64,000 nucleotides of DNA, from the NCBI GenBank assembly GCA_964016885.1, contig OZ024740.1:1178001-1242000 (forward strand). The letters run 5' to 3'. A program made the translations under genes and the position numbers. Below, in pieces: positions 40,716 through 53,400 of this stretch; the stretch's first letter is position 1; each line of letters starts with the position of its first letter. Origin of the DNA: Eledone cirrhosa. Lineage: Eukaryota. The notes under the pieces were generated by a model that was not told where the DNA came from, did not search any database, and saw only the letters and a program-made list of their open reading frames with translations.

Positions 40716-40958
40716 CACGTTGTTCTGATAAAACTATTAAATTTCTTCATAGAATAATAAATTTTGTTTTATTATTTGTTGCTATTGTTCTGTTGTTGTT
40801 GTTGTTGTTGTTACACACACACACTCACAGACTTTGCTCATCTTTTGGCGGCAAAAAATAGCGGCAAAACAACATACATATATACATAGATACATGTGTG
40901 TGTGTGTGTGTGTGTGCGTGTGTGAGTATGTGTGAGTTACCCGCCACTTTCTTTTCCT

Positions 40959-41133
40959 TATAAATACAAGCCCCGTTTTTCATATCTTTCATTTCAGCCA
41001 CAGATTTGAAAGATGACTTCAGGTTATTCTCATGGTATGCTTTAAGCCCTTTTTAGGGCTGCTCAGAGATACGCCGAAAACACAGCGTCCATGTTCACTC
41101 CTGGGACTGAGAAGAAAAGTCCCACAGGTCAGT
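40959..41133 (+). promoter_or_regulatory. Candidate TATA-Inr core promoter and short first exon ending at a splice donor
   Basis: TATAAATA at 40959; TCATTT Inr with A at 40991 (32 nt downstream); CAG|GTCAGT donor at 41128; TTTGGCGG E2F-like motif at ~40844. Confidence 0.35.
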
Positions 41134-41396
41134 CAGATTTATATTTAATTTATTTAAAAAAAAAAAATAATTTCAATTTAATTTATATTTCTTAAAAAAA
41201 AAAAGAATTCAATTTAACTTATTTCTTTAAAAAAAAAGTTCAATTTCATTTAAAAAAAATTCAATTCAATTAATTTCTTTTAAAAAAAAAAGCTTTTATA
41301 GTTATGTTTTTGTATTTTAATCGGGGTAACATTTTCGATTTAATTAATTTCATCATATTGTTGTATATATACACACACACATATATATACAATTGT

Positions 41397-41428
<32 letters not shown>

Positions 41429-42139
41429 TGCAGTTATTCGAATACCTTGGAGTATTCGTTTTTATTTCTATGCTCTCTGAGTTTAAATCCTGCCAAGGTC
41501 AACTTTGCCTTTCTTCCTTCCGTTGGATAAAAAAAAGTACCAGTGAAATGCTGGGGTGAATTCTTCCTATCTATAGTTTTCTCGCAATTATCTTTTTCTG
41601 AATAAAAGTACCAGTCAAATACTGGGTTCCTCTCTTCTCTGCTTTTTCTCTGTCTATCTTTCTGGAAGAATTTTCTATTTTTAGAACTGGAGGAGTTGGT
41701 ATTTGCTAGTGATTAAGGGAGAAAATGAAAGATATATATGTATATATATGTATATGTGTGTTGATGAGATTATGTAGGGGGGGATGGGGGGTAAAAAAAA
41801 TGTTTAAAGATTTATCTGGAAAAATCTGTTGAATTCATATGGTTGGTATTGTCTCTGTTCTCGGTTTTCAAAAGACTTATAAAAGCTGACTCAGTATTGT
41901 TTATCCAATAAAGTAGCAGTAATACGTTATAGTTAGATTAACGTTAATTTTGTTCACTTGTAATTTAGAGAATATAAAATATAAAATGCACCATTAGAAT
42001 ATATAACATTTTTATTCCAGATTCTCCTAAAAATTTGTCCCTGTTCAATTCCTTCTCTGCCACAAACCTCTCATTTTTGGATAGAATTTTTTTATTTATT
42101 TTTTTACGTTAGGTTAAACCAGCCAACCAATTTTTTTAA

Positions 42140-42207
<68 letters not shown>

Positions 42208-42240
42208 GCTTATGAAACGTGTGTGTATATATATATTTAT

Positions 42241-42283
<43 letters not shown>

Positions 42284-42326
42284 ATTTATAATTTATATAT
42301 ATATAATTTATATATATATATAATTT

Positions 42327-42397
<71 letters not shown>

Positions 42398-43059
42398 ATT
42401 TATATATATATTTATATATATATATATATTTATATATATGTATGTGTGTATGTATGTCTGTATGTACGTGTGTGTACATGAATATATATTTATATATTTT
42501 TATATATATGTGTGTTTTTATGTGTGTATATGTGTTTGTGTGTGTGTTTATGGTTGCGCGTAAGTGTGTGAGTGAGTGTGTTTTTTTGTTTTTTTGTGAA
42601 TGTGTCTGTTGATTTTTGGCATATAGTTGATTAGTTTAAGAGAAGTTCGAAGATAATAGTAAGATATGCACTCAGTATTTTGAATCTGTCTGCAGAATTC
42701 TCTAGACCTTTGTCACTTAGAACCTTAATGACTTTAGCTTTTAAAGAATCTCCCCTGTTCTTTAATTCTATCGACTATGACTGACCCCCCACTGATTTTA
42801 TAGACATCTGTTAGCTTAAGAGAAACTTATTGACAAGGAATGGTAGGCCATCCGGAACCTGTTTATAGAATTCTGTCTGCCCTTGTTACTCTAAAAACAT
42901 AATAAATAAAAATAAAAATAAAAATAAACTATAGCTTTGTAGAATTAGCTTTTAATGAATTCCCTTTTCTATCAACCAACGACCTGCACCCATCCCACTC
43001 CCCACCCTCTCCTACCACTTGTAGAGACCTATAAATACCATATTTATTTTTTGATACCC

Positions 43060-43110
43060 AGATTCCTGATGATTTCAAATGAATGAAACAGTTCTAGTCC
43101 TGTAGAATCT
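43060..43110 (+). ncRNA. Type I hammerhead ribozyme
   Basis: AGATTC-CTGATGA-TTTCAAATGAAT-GAAA-CAG TTCTAGTC CTG-TA-GAATCT; GUA site at 43104. Confidence 0.8.
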
Positions 43111-43231
43111 CATCTATATTAAAACTTATACTCTGCTATGTATTGAGTACCTTACTTACTGTGGTTACCTCCGATTCAACCCGGAATAACGTATATATAT
43201 ATATTTATATATATATATATTTATATATATA

Positions 43232-43308
<77 letters not shown>

Positions 43309-43329
43309 ATTTATATATATATATTTATT

Positions 43330-43396
<67 letters not shown>

Positions 43397-43401
43397 ATAT
43401 T

Positions 43402-43437
<36 letters not shown>

Positions 43438-44057
43438 ATATATTTATTTATATATAGAAAAGGTGAATATAAAATGAAAGTGTTTTTTTTTTAAAAAAAG
43501 GAATTTATTAGGTATCGACATGTTTCTGTAACAGACGAAATACCTATGTATCGCTGCTTGCGTAATCATATAATGTTAACTGATTATACATATGCTATCG
43601 AATACTTGCTGTCACTTCAGAGATTTTGGATAAATTTGAAAAAATCAGAAAAATTGAAGTATTTATATTAGTTGTAATAGAGGAAGAGAAGTATATGACA
43701 GATGGTAATTCAATTTACTGCTAAACAAGTATATAAATGGTTTTTAATGAGAATACAATGAGTAAATGGTTTATTTTATCTAAATAAGAATTTTTGGGAG
43801 TGCCTATTTTAATCTATACTTGACCAATTGAACAATGGACAGGGCTGGTTATTTGGTGTAGTAGTATTAATTATAAAGTGTCGATTAAGGAAGGGGGAGA
43901 TTTCGACTGCTACTGAATAACTTCCAATGCTAGTAGTCAGCTGGTATATGCATTAGGGAATTGAATTAAGAAATCTCATTTTATCTATAACAGTTTATAT
44001 TAAATGATAACCTGAAATTTTTATATTTATATTTAATATATATATATTTATTTATAT

Positions 44058-44204
44058 ATATATATTAAAATAACCGATTAAAGTTTAAGCAAAGAATCGC
44101 TGCTTTCACCCTTAACGGGATCTTCTGAAATTCATTTAAGATCCCGTTAAGGTTGAAAGCAGCGATTCTTTGCTTAAACTTTAATCTGTTATTTTAATAT
44201 ATAT
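44058..44204. repeat. Near-perfect hairpin, ~65-bp arms and 13-nt loop
   Basis: ...GCAAAGAATCGCTGCTTTCACCCTTAACGGGATCTT / AAGATCCCGTTAAGGTTGAAAGCAGCGATTCTTTGC...; a single arm also occurs at 31982-32055. Confidence 0.9.
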
Positions 44205-44459
44205 TTGCTGTACGGTTCTTATATATTTGATATATATTTATCCATATCGAGCCCTTTTTTAATTTTAGTTTTCAAATTTATTATTATTACTATATATTTG
44301 TGTGTGTATATTATGTGTGTATGTATTCTGTGTGTATTATGTGTCTGTATTAGGTGTCTGTATTTGTGCGTATTATCTGTGTGTATTATCTGTGTATTAT
44401 ATGTGTGTATTATATGTGTATATGTGTGTATTATATGTGTATATGTGTGTATTATGTGT

Positions 44460-47400
44460 GTTGGTGGATTGGCAGTATCGGTAGAGGGTCGGACGCCATG
44501 CTTTGACGCATAGAGTTACGGCCCTTGCTATTCTGAGTTCAAATCCCGCCGAGGTTAACTTTGCGTTTCATCCTTACGGGGTTGATAAAATAAAGTACCA
44601 GTAATGCACTGGGATAATTGCTGGCCTTGTGCCAAAAGTAGAAACAATTGTGTGTATTATATGTGTATTATATGTGTATTATATGTGTGTATTATGTGTG
44701 TATTATATGTGTGTATATGTGTATTATCTGTGTATTATCTGTGCGTATTATCTGTATTATATGTGTGTATTATATGTGTGTATTGTGTGTAGTATGTCTG
44801 TATTATGTGTCTGTATTATGTGTGTATTTGTAATAAATGTCTACTATATACACATGTATATATATATAATATATAAATACAATATAATATATATGTTGGT
44901 GTGTATCGGGTTTGTGTTTATATCACCGTAGAAATCTGTTTATGCAACATTCTAATTAGCAAAGGGAAATTACTGTAGTATATTTTAATAAAAATATTTT
45001 ATTTTCCGTTTTAGCCAGAAATTTTGTTGTTTGATAAAACTGTCATTGAATTTATGCCTTGTCTGTTTCTGCTGAAGACTACTTTACTAATTCAGCTTAA
45101 GCTTAATTTATTATATCGGTTTTCATCGTAAAATTGAGACGGGTGTTTTTTCATGTCTATTTAATGCAGCACGTTAGTGATATAGTAAGTTTTAGTTTCT
45201 ATTTGTTTGAATATCATTTCGAAGCAGATACGACGGGGTTCATTAATTTCTAGATGAATTATTTGGGTTTAGTTTTAGTTTGTGGTTGTGTGTGTGTGTG
45301 TGGGGGGGGGGGGTATATATAAAACTGAACAGCTATATATATTTATATCATCTTGTCAATATCTAACCTTTTTCCTCATAAATATAGACAGAAATTACGG
45401 TATACAAGTAGGCACATGCATTAAAACTTAATATATGGTTATGTTACCAGGAAGCTGGAGAGTGAAAGTAATATAGTTACGGTTATCTTGAGGAAACGCT
45501 ATATTTTTTTTTTTATACGCTTTTGCAATATAAGAATAGGAAACGAAGACAAACTGATTGATGCAGACAAAATATATATTTATGGTAATTGTTCAGAATT
45601 AAGATCGTAGATGTGACCGATGTGAAGCAGCTGTAGAAAGTTGGCATGATGTAGTGAAGAATGCAGTGGGTAAAAAAGACATCCCCGAGAATAAACATAG
45701 AAAGAGTAGTTGGTGATTGTTGCAGTGAAAATCAATGAAGTACAAGCATAACAGACAAGAGAGAGAAGCATGCAGGCCCAGCAGTTGGAGTTAGCTGCCA
45801 AGGAGATGCCAATATAATATAAAATATTATGGAATCAGATAGTTTATTGATTCCCTGTTTTATTGCAAAAGCGAATCCTTTAAAGTGCGAGACAATATAG
45901 TGTTTGTCGTTGATGTATTTATATCTATATTACTCTACATAAGCCCACAAACAGGCGTTCAACAGTAAATATGTAATTGTCCTTTGTTTAAAAAGAAATT
46001 ATTTTTCTTAATATAATTGTTTATCTGCTGGATTGGTCATTGACCATTTTTGACTGTATTTAGCCACTGAACAATGGGTGTAGCTCCTTGGAGCAATCCA
46101 AGCAGTAACTCGAAGAACCACCGGGTGTAATGACTTTGGCTTTAGTGTTCGTGTAGAGCAGTGATACTTTTGTATTCCACAAGATCTTGATTAGGCAGTG
46201 ACGATCGTCAGAATTAGAGGCAATTTGCTTTAGCTCCCTCAAATATCTTCATCAGGATGTGACCGTTGGTTGATCTTTATCTCTGAAGCTGTTGTGGTTG
46301 TTTGAGCTTTTTGTCCATGTAGGGCTGGATTCTCTTAAGAATCATCCTGTTGAGGTTCTTTGCCACAAGTGAGGTCTCCCTGTAGTTGTTGCTGTTAAAG
46401 AGATCTGCCTTCTTTTGCAGTGGCACGAAGTTACTGATCGTCCACTTGTTCAGGGCAACTCGTTTCTCTAGTCCCTTTTTACAGAACTGCAAGATATGAA
46501 AATCACAACTCTACATGACCTGATGCCACTCGATTTTCTCCATGGGCCTTGCCCTCCTTTATCTTCTTTTTTTGCTTTCTGAAGCTCCTCTCTGGCAAAG
46601 GGCCCTGTCTCAATATGCAGTTTTTGTAACAGCCACCTGATCTGCCCAGTGTTCTTGGCTGTGGAGGGCATCTCATAGTTGTGTTCTAAAATGGTCCAGC
46701 CATTTCCTTTTTCCTATCCTCTGGATCTGTTTCCTTGATCTGACTCTTCCTCCATGTGATCTCGTTGATCATCCAACTGTCAACCGTTCTCTTAACACTT
46801 TAGTGCCTCCTCTCTGGCGTCAGTGTAAGCGGTACAGAGTGCTTCCCTCATCACCTCCACTGTGTCCATCCTCTCCATAGGATCAGCACAGAATTGGTCC
46901 TTGGCAGGCTGCACACACCTTTGGGTCTGCAGAACTGACATGCTTCCTCTTCTTTCTCCTCAGCATCAGTGTCTCACTTGCTACTGCATTGTTCAAGTAC
47001 CTGTACCTCTTTGTCAAACTCTCTACATAGAGCACTGAACCTGTTGCTCACTTCTCCTGTGAACCTCTTCTGTAGCTTATGTTCCTTGAACGTTCCCCAG
47101 TCATAGATTATACTGTTGGTGTAGCCTTTCTCTTTCTTAAGCTCACCCGGACCTCACTCATAACAAGCATGTGTCCACTGTCCCAGTGTACTGAAATAGT
47201 TGTATGGTTCTGTGTTGAGAACACTATTGCGCTGCTTTTTCCTCACCAGAAAGAAATCAATCTAGGTCTTGGTCCACATCTTTTCTGGATTCTTCGTTAA
47301 CGTTAGGTTGGTTGCCATCAAGTTTGCATCCAGCATGGCGTCTGTCGGTAGTCTTCCATTTCGGTTGGTGTTAGGGAATTACCAGCGCGGATCTTCACTG

Positions 47401-50400
47401 CTCTCCTTACTCAAATGTGCATAGAAGTCCCTCAGAAGAATGATGTTTTGAGCTTGTGTGGTGTTGACAGCTCTACACATCTCATGAAATTCCTCTGCAT
47501 TCACATCACTGTCTCCCTTGGTAGGACTATAATCTGACATCCGGTTTTAAATTCCTGTTATTGCCTGCAGGACTATGATAAAAAGGAGAGGGCTAAGAAC
47601 AGCCCTGGTGTACACCGACCTGCATGCTAAATTCCTCGCTCTAGTCATTGATAACCCTAACTTTGCTGATTGTTTCTTTATACATGGCTTGTACAGCCCT
47701 CATAAGCCATTCATCTACTTTTAATTTTCCAAGAGCCGACCGTATTATAGCATGGTTGACTCTGTCGAAGGCTTTTTCCATTTCGACAAATGCCAGGTAG
47801 AGTGGCTTACTTTTAGCTAGGTACTAATCAACTGCTATAACTCTTTACGTTACTTTCATGATCTGGTGGTCCATCAGCTTTATACCTCTCTAGTTTCCTC
47901 TATCTAGTGCATCACCTTTACCTTTGTATCAGTTGACCATGATGCTGCTGCACGAATCGTTTAGTATTATCTAGTTAACATTACTTGTGGTTATGGTCTG
48001 ATCTACTGACCCAGATGCCTTGAGCATCTCGGCAGCTATACCCGATGGACCGGTTGCCTTCCCCGTCTTCATATCTTTGATTGCCATACTACATTGCTGC
48101 TGACTTGTTCTGCTAGCCCCTCTATAGGGTTCACTTTGGGTATGGTATCTTTTTCCCATGCATTCTCCCCATTTAGTAATCTTTCATACTGGCTCTTCCA
48201 CGCATCTCCTCAGAAATTGTGAGTGCAAGCTGACCTTTATCATTCTGGATACACTTTTGTCCAATGACATCACAATTCTCTCTGACACACTGCCTCATAA
48301 TCTGGAACACCTGTTTCTGTTCCTCGTGTTGCAAAAGATGCTTGAAATTCCTATCCTCTACCTCCCTTCTAGCTAAGTATACTTGTCGCCTAGCTTCGCT
48401 CCTGGTCTCTATGTAATGTGCCCTGTTTTTCCATTCTTTCCATGCCTGTCTCTTAGCCTTAATTGCCTCATCTACCATATTGTTCTACCACCAAGTGACT
48501 CCTAATCCATGTATATATCTTTTTATCATTATCCTTTTCTCAAATATACACACATGCAAATATTATGCATGGATATGTTAACTGGTAGCTGGAGAGAGAA
48601 TAATATAGATGATAAAAATCTATCTTCAGCAACAAGTGCTATATTGTCTCCCATGTTGAAAGATATTATTTTACAATATAAGAACTTGAAACTAAGACTA
48701 ACTGATGTATAGAATAGAAAGACCTAGATGTGAAAAGAAGTGGAAATTGTGCAGATTGAAGATTGAAGATTTGACCGATGTGAAGAAACTGGAAAGATGT
48801 TTCGAAAAGAGTGAAGAATGCAGTCCGTAGGAAAGACATCCCCGAGAGTGAACATTTGAAGCTAGAGCAAGGTTTTAAGAGTTAGAAAGAGTAGTTGTTG
48901 ATTGTTCCTGTGAAAAGCAATGAAGTGCAAGCATAACAGACGAGACAAGAATGCAGACCCAGCAGTCGGAGATAAGCAGCGAAGCAGATGCCAATATAAT
49001 ATTAAATATTAGAGAATCAGTTTGTTCTTATTTCATGTTTTATTGCGAAATGGTATTGTTGAAAGCTAAAGACAATATAGCGTTTGTTGAAGATGATGTA
49101 TACTTTCTATGCAGAAATAAGGAAACATTTGCAGTCATCTTCATAATCATACGTTCGCTTTCAAGTGTGGGACATGTACTATTGAGCACCGCCTCTCCAC
49201 TTATACCGGTCGTTGGTCACCTCGTTGGTGATCGTTAGCGATTTGAGGTCTGCTTTCACCACCCGTCTGTTTTTCTTAGTCTTCCTTCTACAGGAATTAC
49301 TTGGCACATGTTTACCCAGCAAACCATCTTATTCTTCTCTCCTGCACATAACTCATACCCATTTTCTCTCTCAACTCATCTCTGCTCGGTCGTCGGAGCA
49401 TGCTTCCTTCATTTCTTTGCCAGCCTTGGCATATTGTCTGCAATTGCTGGCCATGTCTCACTTCTTCCAACCCATCCTTATTGTAGATATTATGGCCTCG
49501 TAGTAGCCTCCTCTCTTTCTAATCTGCTCATCTGTATAGAACTCACCTTCATTTGAAAACTGTTTCTATCACTGTCACTTCTACTGTGAAATTTCTCTGT
49601 ACATGTAGTTTTCACTACCTGTTTGCTTGCTATCCCACTACATATGTTGAGTACCCCAGATGTGCATTGTGTATATTTTATAGAATTTATCCCAACTCCT
49701 TTTCAACATAGGGAGCATGTCCTCTTTTCTATGTTTTTATTCTGTCCTCTTGCTTCCAACTACTGTTTCCATAGACAGCATTTCTTCTTTAGCTTCTTTA
49801 CTGATTCTGCTATAAGAACCAGATCGTCATGGACAGCTAGTTTTAAACGCATCTGTTACTGACAGCACCTCTGTACAAAGCCTGCACTGCCCTCACAAGA
49901 CATTCCCCAACACCTAGTTTGGTTAGGCACCACCAGATGACAGATCATGGTACCCTACCAAAGGAGTTGTCTGTCAACAAAATTAATTGCTAAGATGGAT
50001 TACATTGCCACCGGTTATATTTTATATATTTCCTAAGACTCGTTTGATTAAAAAGCTTTTACTGACATTATTAGTTGTAGCTAGGCGGTGGGTTGGCAGT
50101 ATCGGTGGATGGTCGGACGCCATGCTTTGACTTAAAGAGTTACGTCCCTTTACTATCTGAGTTCAAATCCCGCCGAGGTTAACTTTGCCTTTCATCCTTA
50201 CGGGGTGGATAAAATAAAGTACCAGTAATGTACTGGGTTATTGCCGGCCTTGTGCCAAAAGTAGAAACAATTATTAGTTGTAGCTATAAGTTTAGCTAGA
50301 TTGCCAGCGTTGAAATAGTATATGTCTATGTATGTATACACGTACACATGTTATTATGTATAGTGTTTTTGTGTTTATACGTCTACAAATGTTTATGCCA

Positions 50401-53400
50401 TATTTCAATTAGCAAAGGGAGTTTACTCTTGGATATTTTAATAAAATTACGAGTTGTTTCCCCTCTTAGCAGGAAATTTAGTTGTTTGATAAAACTCAAT
50501 ATTCAAGGCTGGTTGTCTCGGTCAGTGGTAAGCGTCTGTTGAAGACTAGACATCGAAATTACGATATACAAGTACACGCATGGATATGTTGCCAAGGAGC
50601 TGTCGAGTGATTATAATGTAGATAAGCAAAATCTATGAACACTCGCTATATTATCTCGCACTTTTATGGATATGTTTTTGCAATACAAGAATAGGAAACG
50701 AAGAAAAACTAATTCACTGAATACAGTGTGATGCAGGCAAAAGATGTTGAAATTGTGCCGAATTAAGATTGAAAATTTGACCGATGTGAAAGAAGCTGTG
50801 GAAAATTTGCATGATGTAATGAAGAATGCATTGGTTAGAAAAGACATCCCCGAGAATAAACAGAAAGAGTAGTTGCGGATTGTTCCAGTGAAAATCAATG
50901 AAGTGCAAGCATAACAGATGAGAGAAGCATGCAGGCCCAGCAGTTCGAGTTAGCTGCCAAGGAGATGCCAATATAATATAAAATATTAATGGAATCAGAT
51001 AGTTTATTGATTCCCTGTTTTATTGCAAAAGCGAATCCTTTAAAGTGCGAGACAATATAGTGTTTGTCGTTGATGTATTTTTATCTATATTACTCTGCGT
51101 AAATACGGAAAAATTTGAGATGCCCGACCCTACATAAGCCCACAAACAGACATTCAACAGTAAATATTTAATTGTCCTTTGTTTAAAAAGAAATTTTTTT
51201 TTCTTAATATAATTGTTTATCTGCTGGATTGGTCATTGACCATTTTAGTAGGAGAGGGGATTTTGTTAGTGGTGCGTTACCTTCGCTGACTTAACTCTGA
51301 GAAAGAAAAGCAATTATATTTTTCTTTAACTGTATTGAGCCACTGAACAATGGGTGTAGCTCCTTGGAGCAATCCAAGCAGTAACTCGAAGAACCATCGG
51401 GTGTAATGACTTTGGCTTTAGTGTTCGTGTAGAGCAGTGATACTTTTGTATTCCACAAAAATCTTGATCAGGCAGTGACGATAGTCAGAATTATAGGCAA
51501 TTTGCTTTAGCTCCCTCAAATATCTTCTTCAGCATCAGGATGTGACCGTTGGTTGATCTCTATCTGTGAAGCTGTTCTGGTTGTTTGAGCTTTTTGTCCA
51601 TGCAGGGCTGGATTCTCTTTAGAATCATCCTGTTGAGGGTCTTTGCCACAAGTGAGGTCCCCCTGTAGTTGTTTCTGTTAGAGAGATCTGCCTTCTTTGG
51701 CAGTGGCACGAAGTTATTGATCGTCCACTTGTTCAGGGCAACTCGTTTCTCCAGTCCCTTTTTACAGATCTCCAAGATATGAAAATCACAACTCTACATG
51801 ACCTGATGCCACTCGATTTTCTCCATGGGCCTTGCCCTCCTTTATCTTCTTTTTTTGCTCTCTGAAGCTCCTCTCTGGCAAAGGGTCCTGTCTCAATATC
51901 CAGTTATTGTAACAGCCACCTGATCTGCCCAGTGTTCTTGTCTGTGGAGGGCATCTCATAGTTGTGTTCTAAAATGGTTCAGCCATTTCCTTTTTCCTAT
52001 CCTCTGGATCTGTTTCCTTGATCTGACCTTTCCTCCATGTGATCTCGTTGATCATCCAACTGTCAACCGTTCTCTTAACACTTTAGTGCCTCCTCTCTGG
52101 CGTCAGTGTAAGCGGTACAGAGTGCTTCCCTCATCACCTCCACTGTGTCCATCCTCTCCATAGGATCAGCACATAAATTGGTCCTTGGCAGGCTGCACAC
52201 ACTTTCTGGTCTGCAGAACTGACATGCTTCCTCTTCTTTCTCCTCAGCATCAGTGTCTCACTTGCTTCTGCTACTGCATTGTTCAAGTAGCCGTACCTCT
52301 TTGTTAAACTCTCCACACAGAGCACTGAACCTGTTGCTCACTTCTCCTGTGAACCTCTTCTGTAGCTTATGTTCCTTGAACGTTCCCCAGTCATAGATTA
52401 TACTGTTGGTGTAGCCTTGCTCTTTCTTAAGCTCACTCGGACCTCACTCATAACAAGCATGTGTCCACTGTCACAGTGTACTGAAATAGTTGTATGGTTC
52501 TGTGTTGAGAACACTATTGCGCTGCTTTTTCCTCACCAGAAAGAAATCAATCTAGGTCTTGGTCCACATCTTTTCTGGATTCTCCCTTAACGTTAGGTTG
52601 GTTGCCATCAAGTTTGCACTGGCAGGACACGGACCTGCATGCTAAATTACTCGCTCTAGTCATTGATAACCCTAACTTTGCTGATTGTTTCTTTATACAT
52701 GGCTTGGTACAGCCCTCATAAGCTATTCATCTACTTCAAATTTTCTAAGAGCTCACCAGATTATAGCATGGTGGACTCTGTCGAAGGCCTTTTCCATTTC
52801 GACAAATGCCAGGTAGAGTTGCTTACTTTTAGCTAGGTACTTTTCCTGTAACTGCGTCACAAAAGTGAGGACATGAGTGGTGCCTTTTCCTGGTACAAAG
52901 CACAATTGCATATCATGTAGTTTCACCGTGTTCCTAATCAACTGTGCTCTAACTCTTTGTTACTTTCATGACCTGGTCCATCAGCTTTATACCTCTATAG
53001 TTTCCTCTATCTAGTGCATCACCTTTACCTTTGTATCAGTTGACCATGATGCTGCTGCACGAATCGTTTGGTACGACGCCCTTTAGTATTATCTAGTTAA
53101 CAATACGTGTGGTTATGGTCTGATCTACCGACCCAGATGCCTTGAGCATCTCGGCAGCTATACCCGATGGACCGGTTGCCTTCCCCGTCTTCATATCTAT
53201 GATTGCCATACTACATTGCTGCTGACTTGTTCTGCTAGCCCCTCTATAGGGTTCACTTTGGGTATGGTATCTTTTTCCCATACATTCTCCTCATTTAGTA
53301 ATCTTTCATACTGGCTCTTCCACGCATCTTCTCAGCACTTGTGAGTGCAAGCTGACCTTTATCATTCTGGATACACTTTTGTCCAATGACATCACAATTC

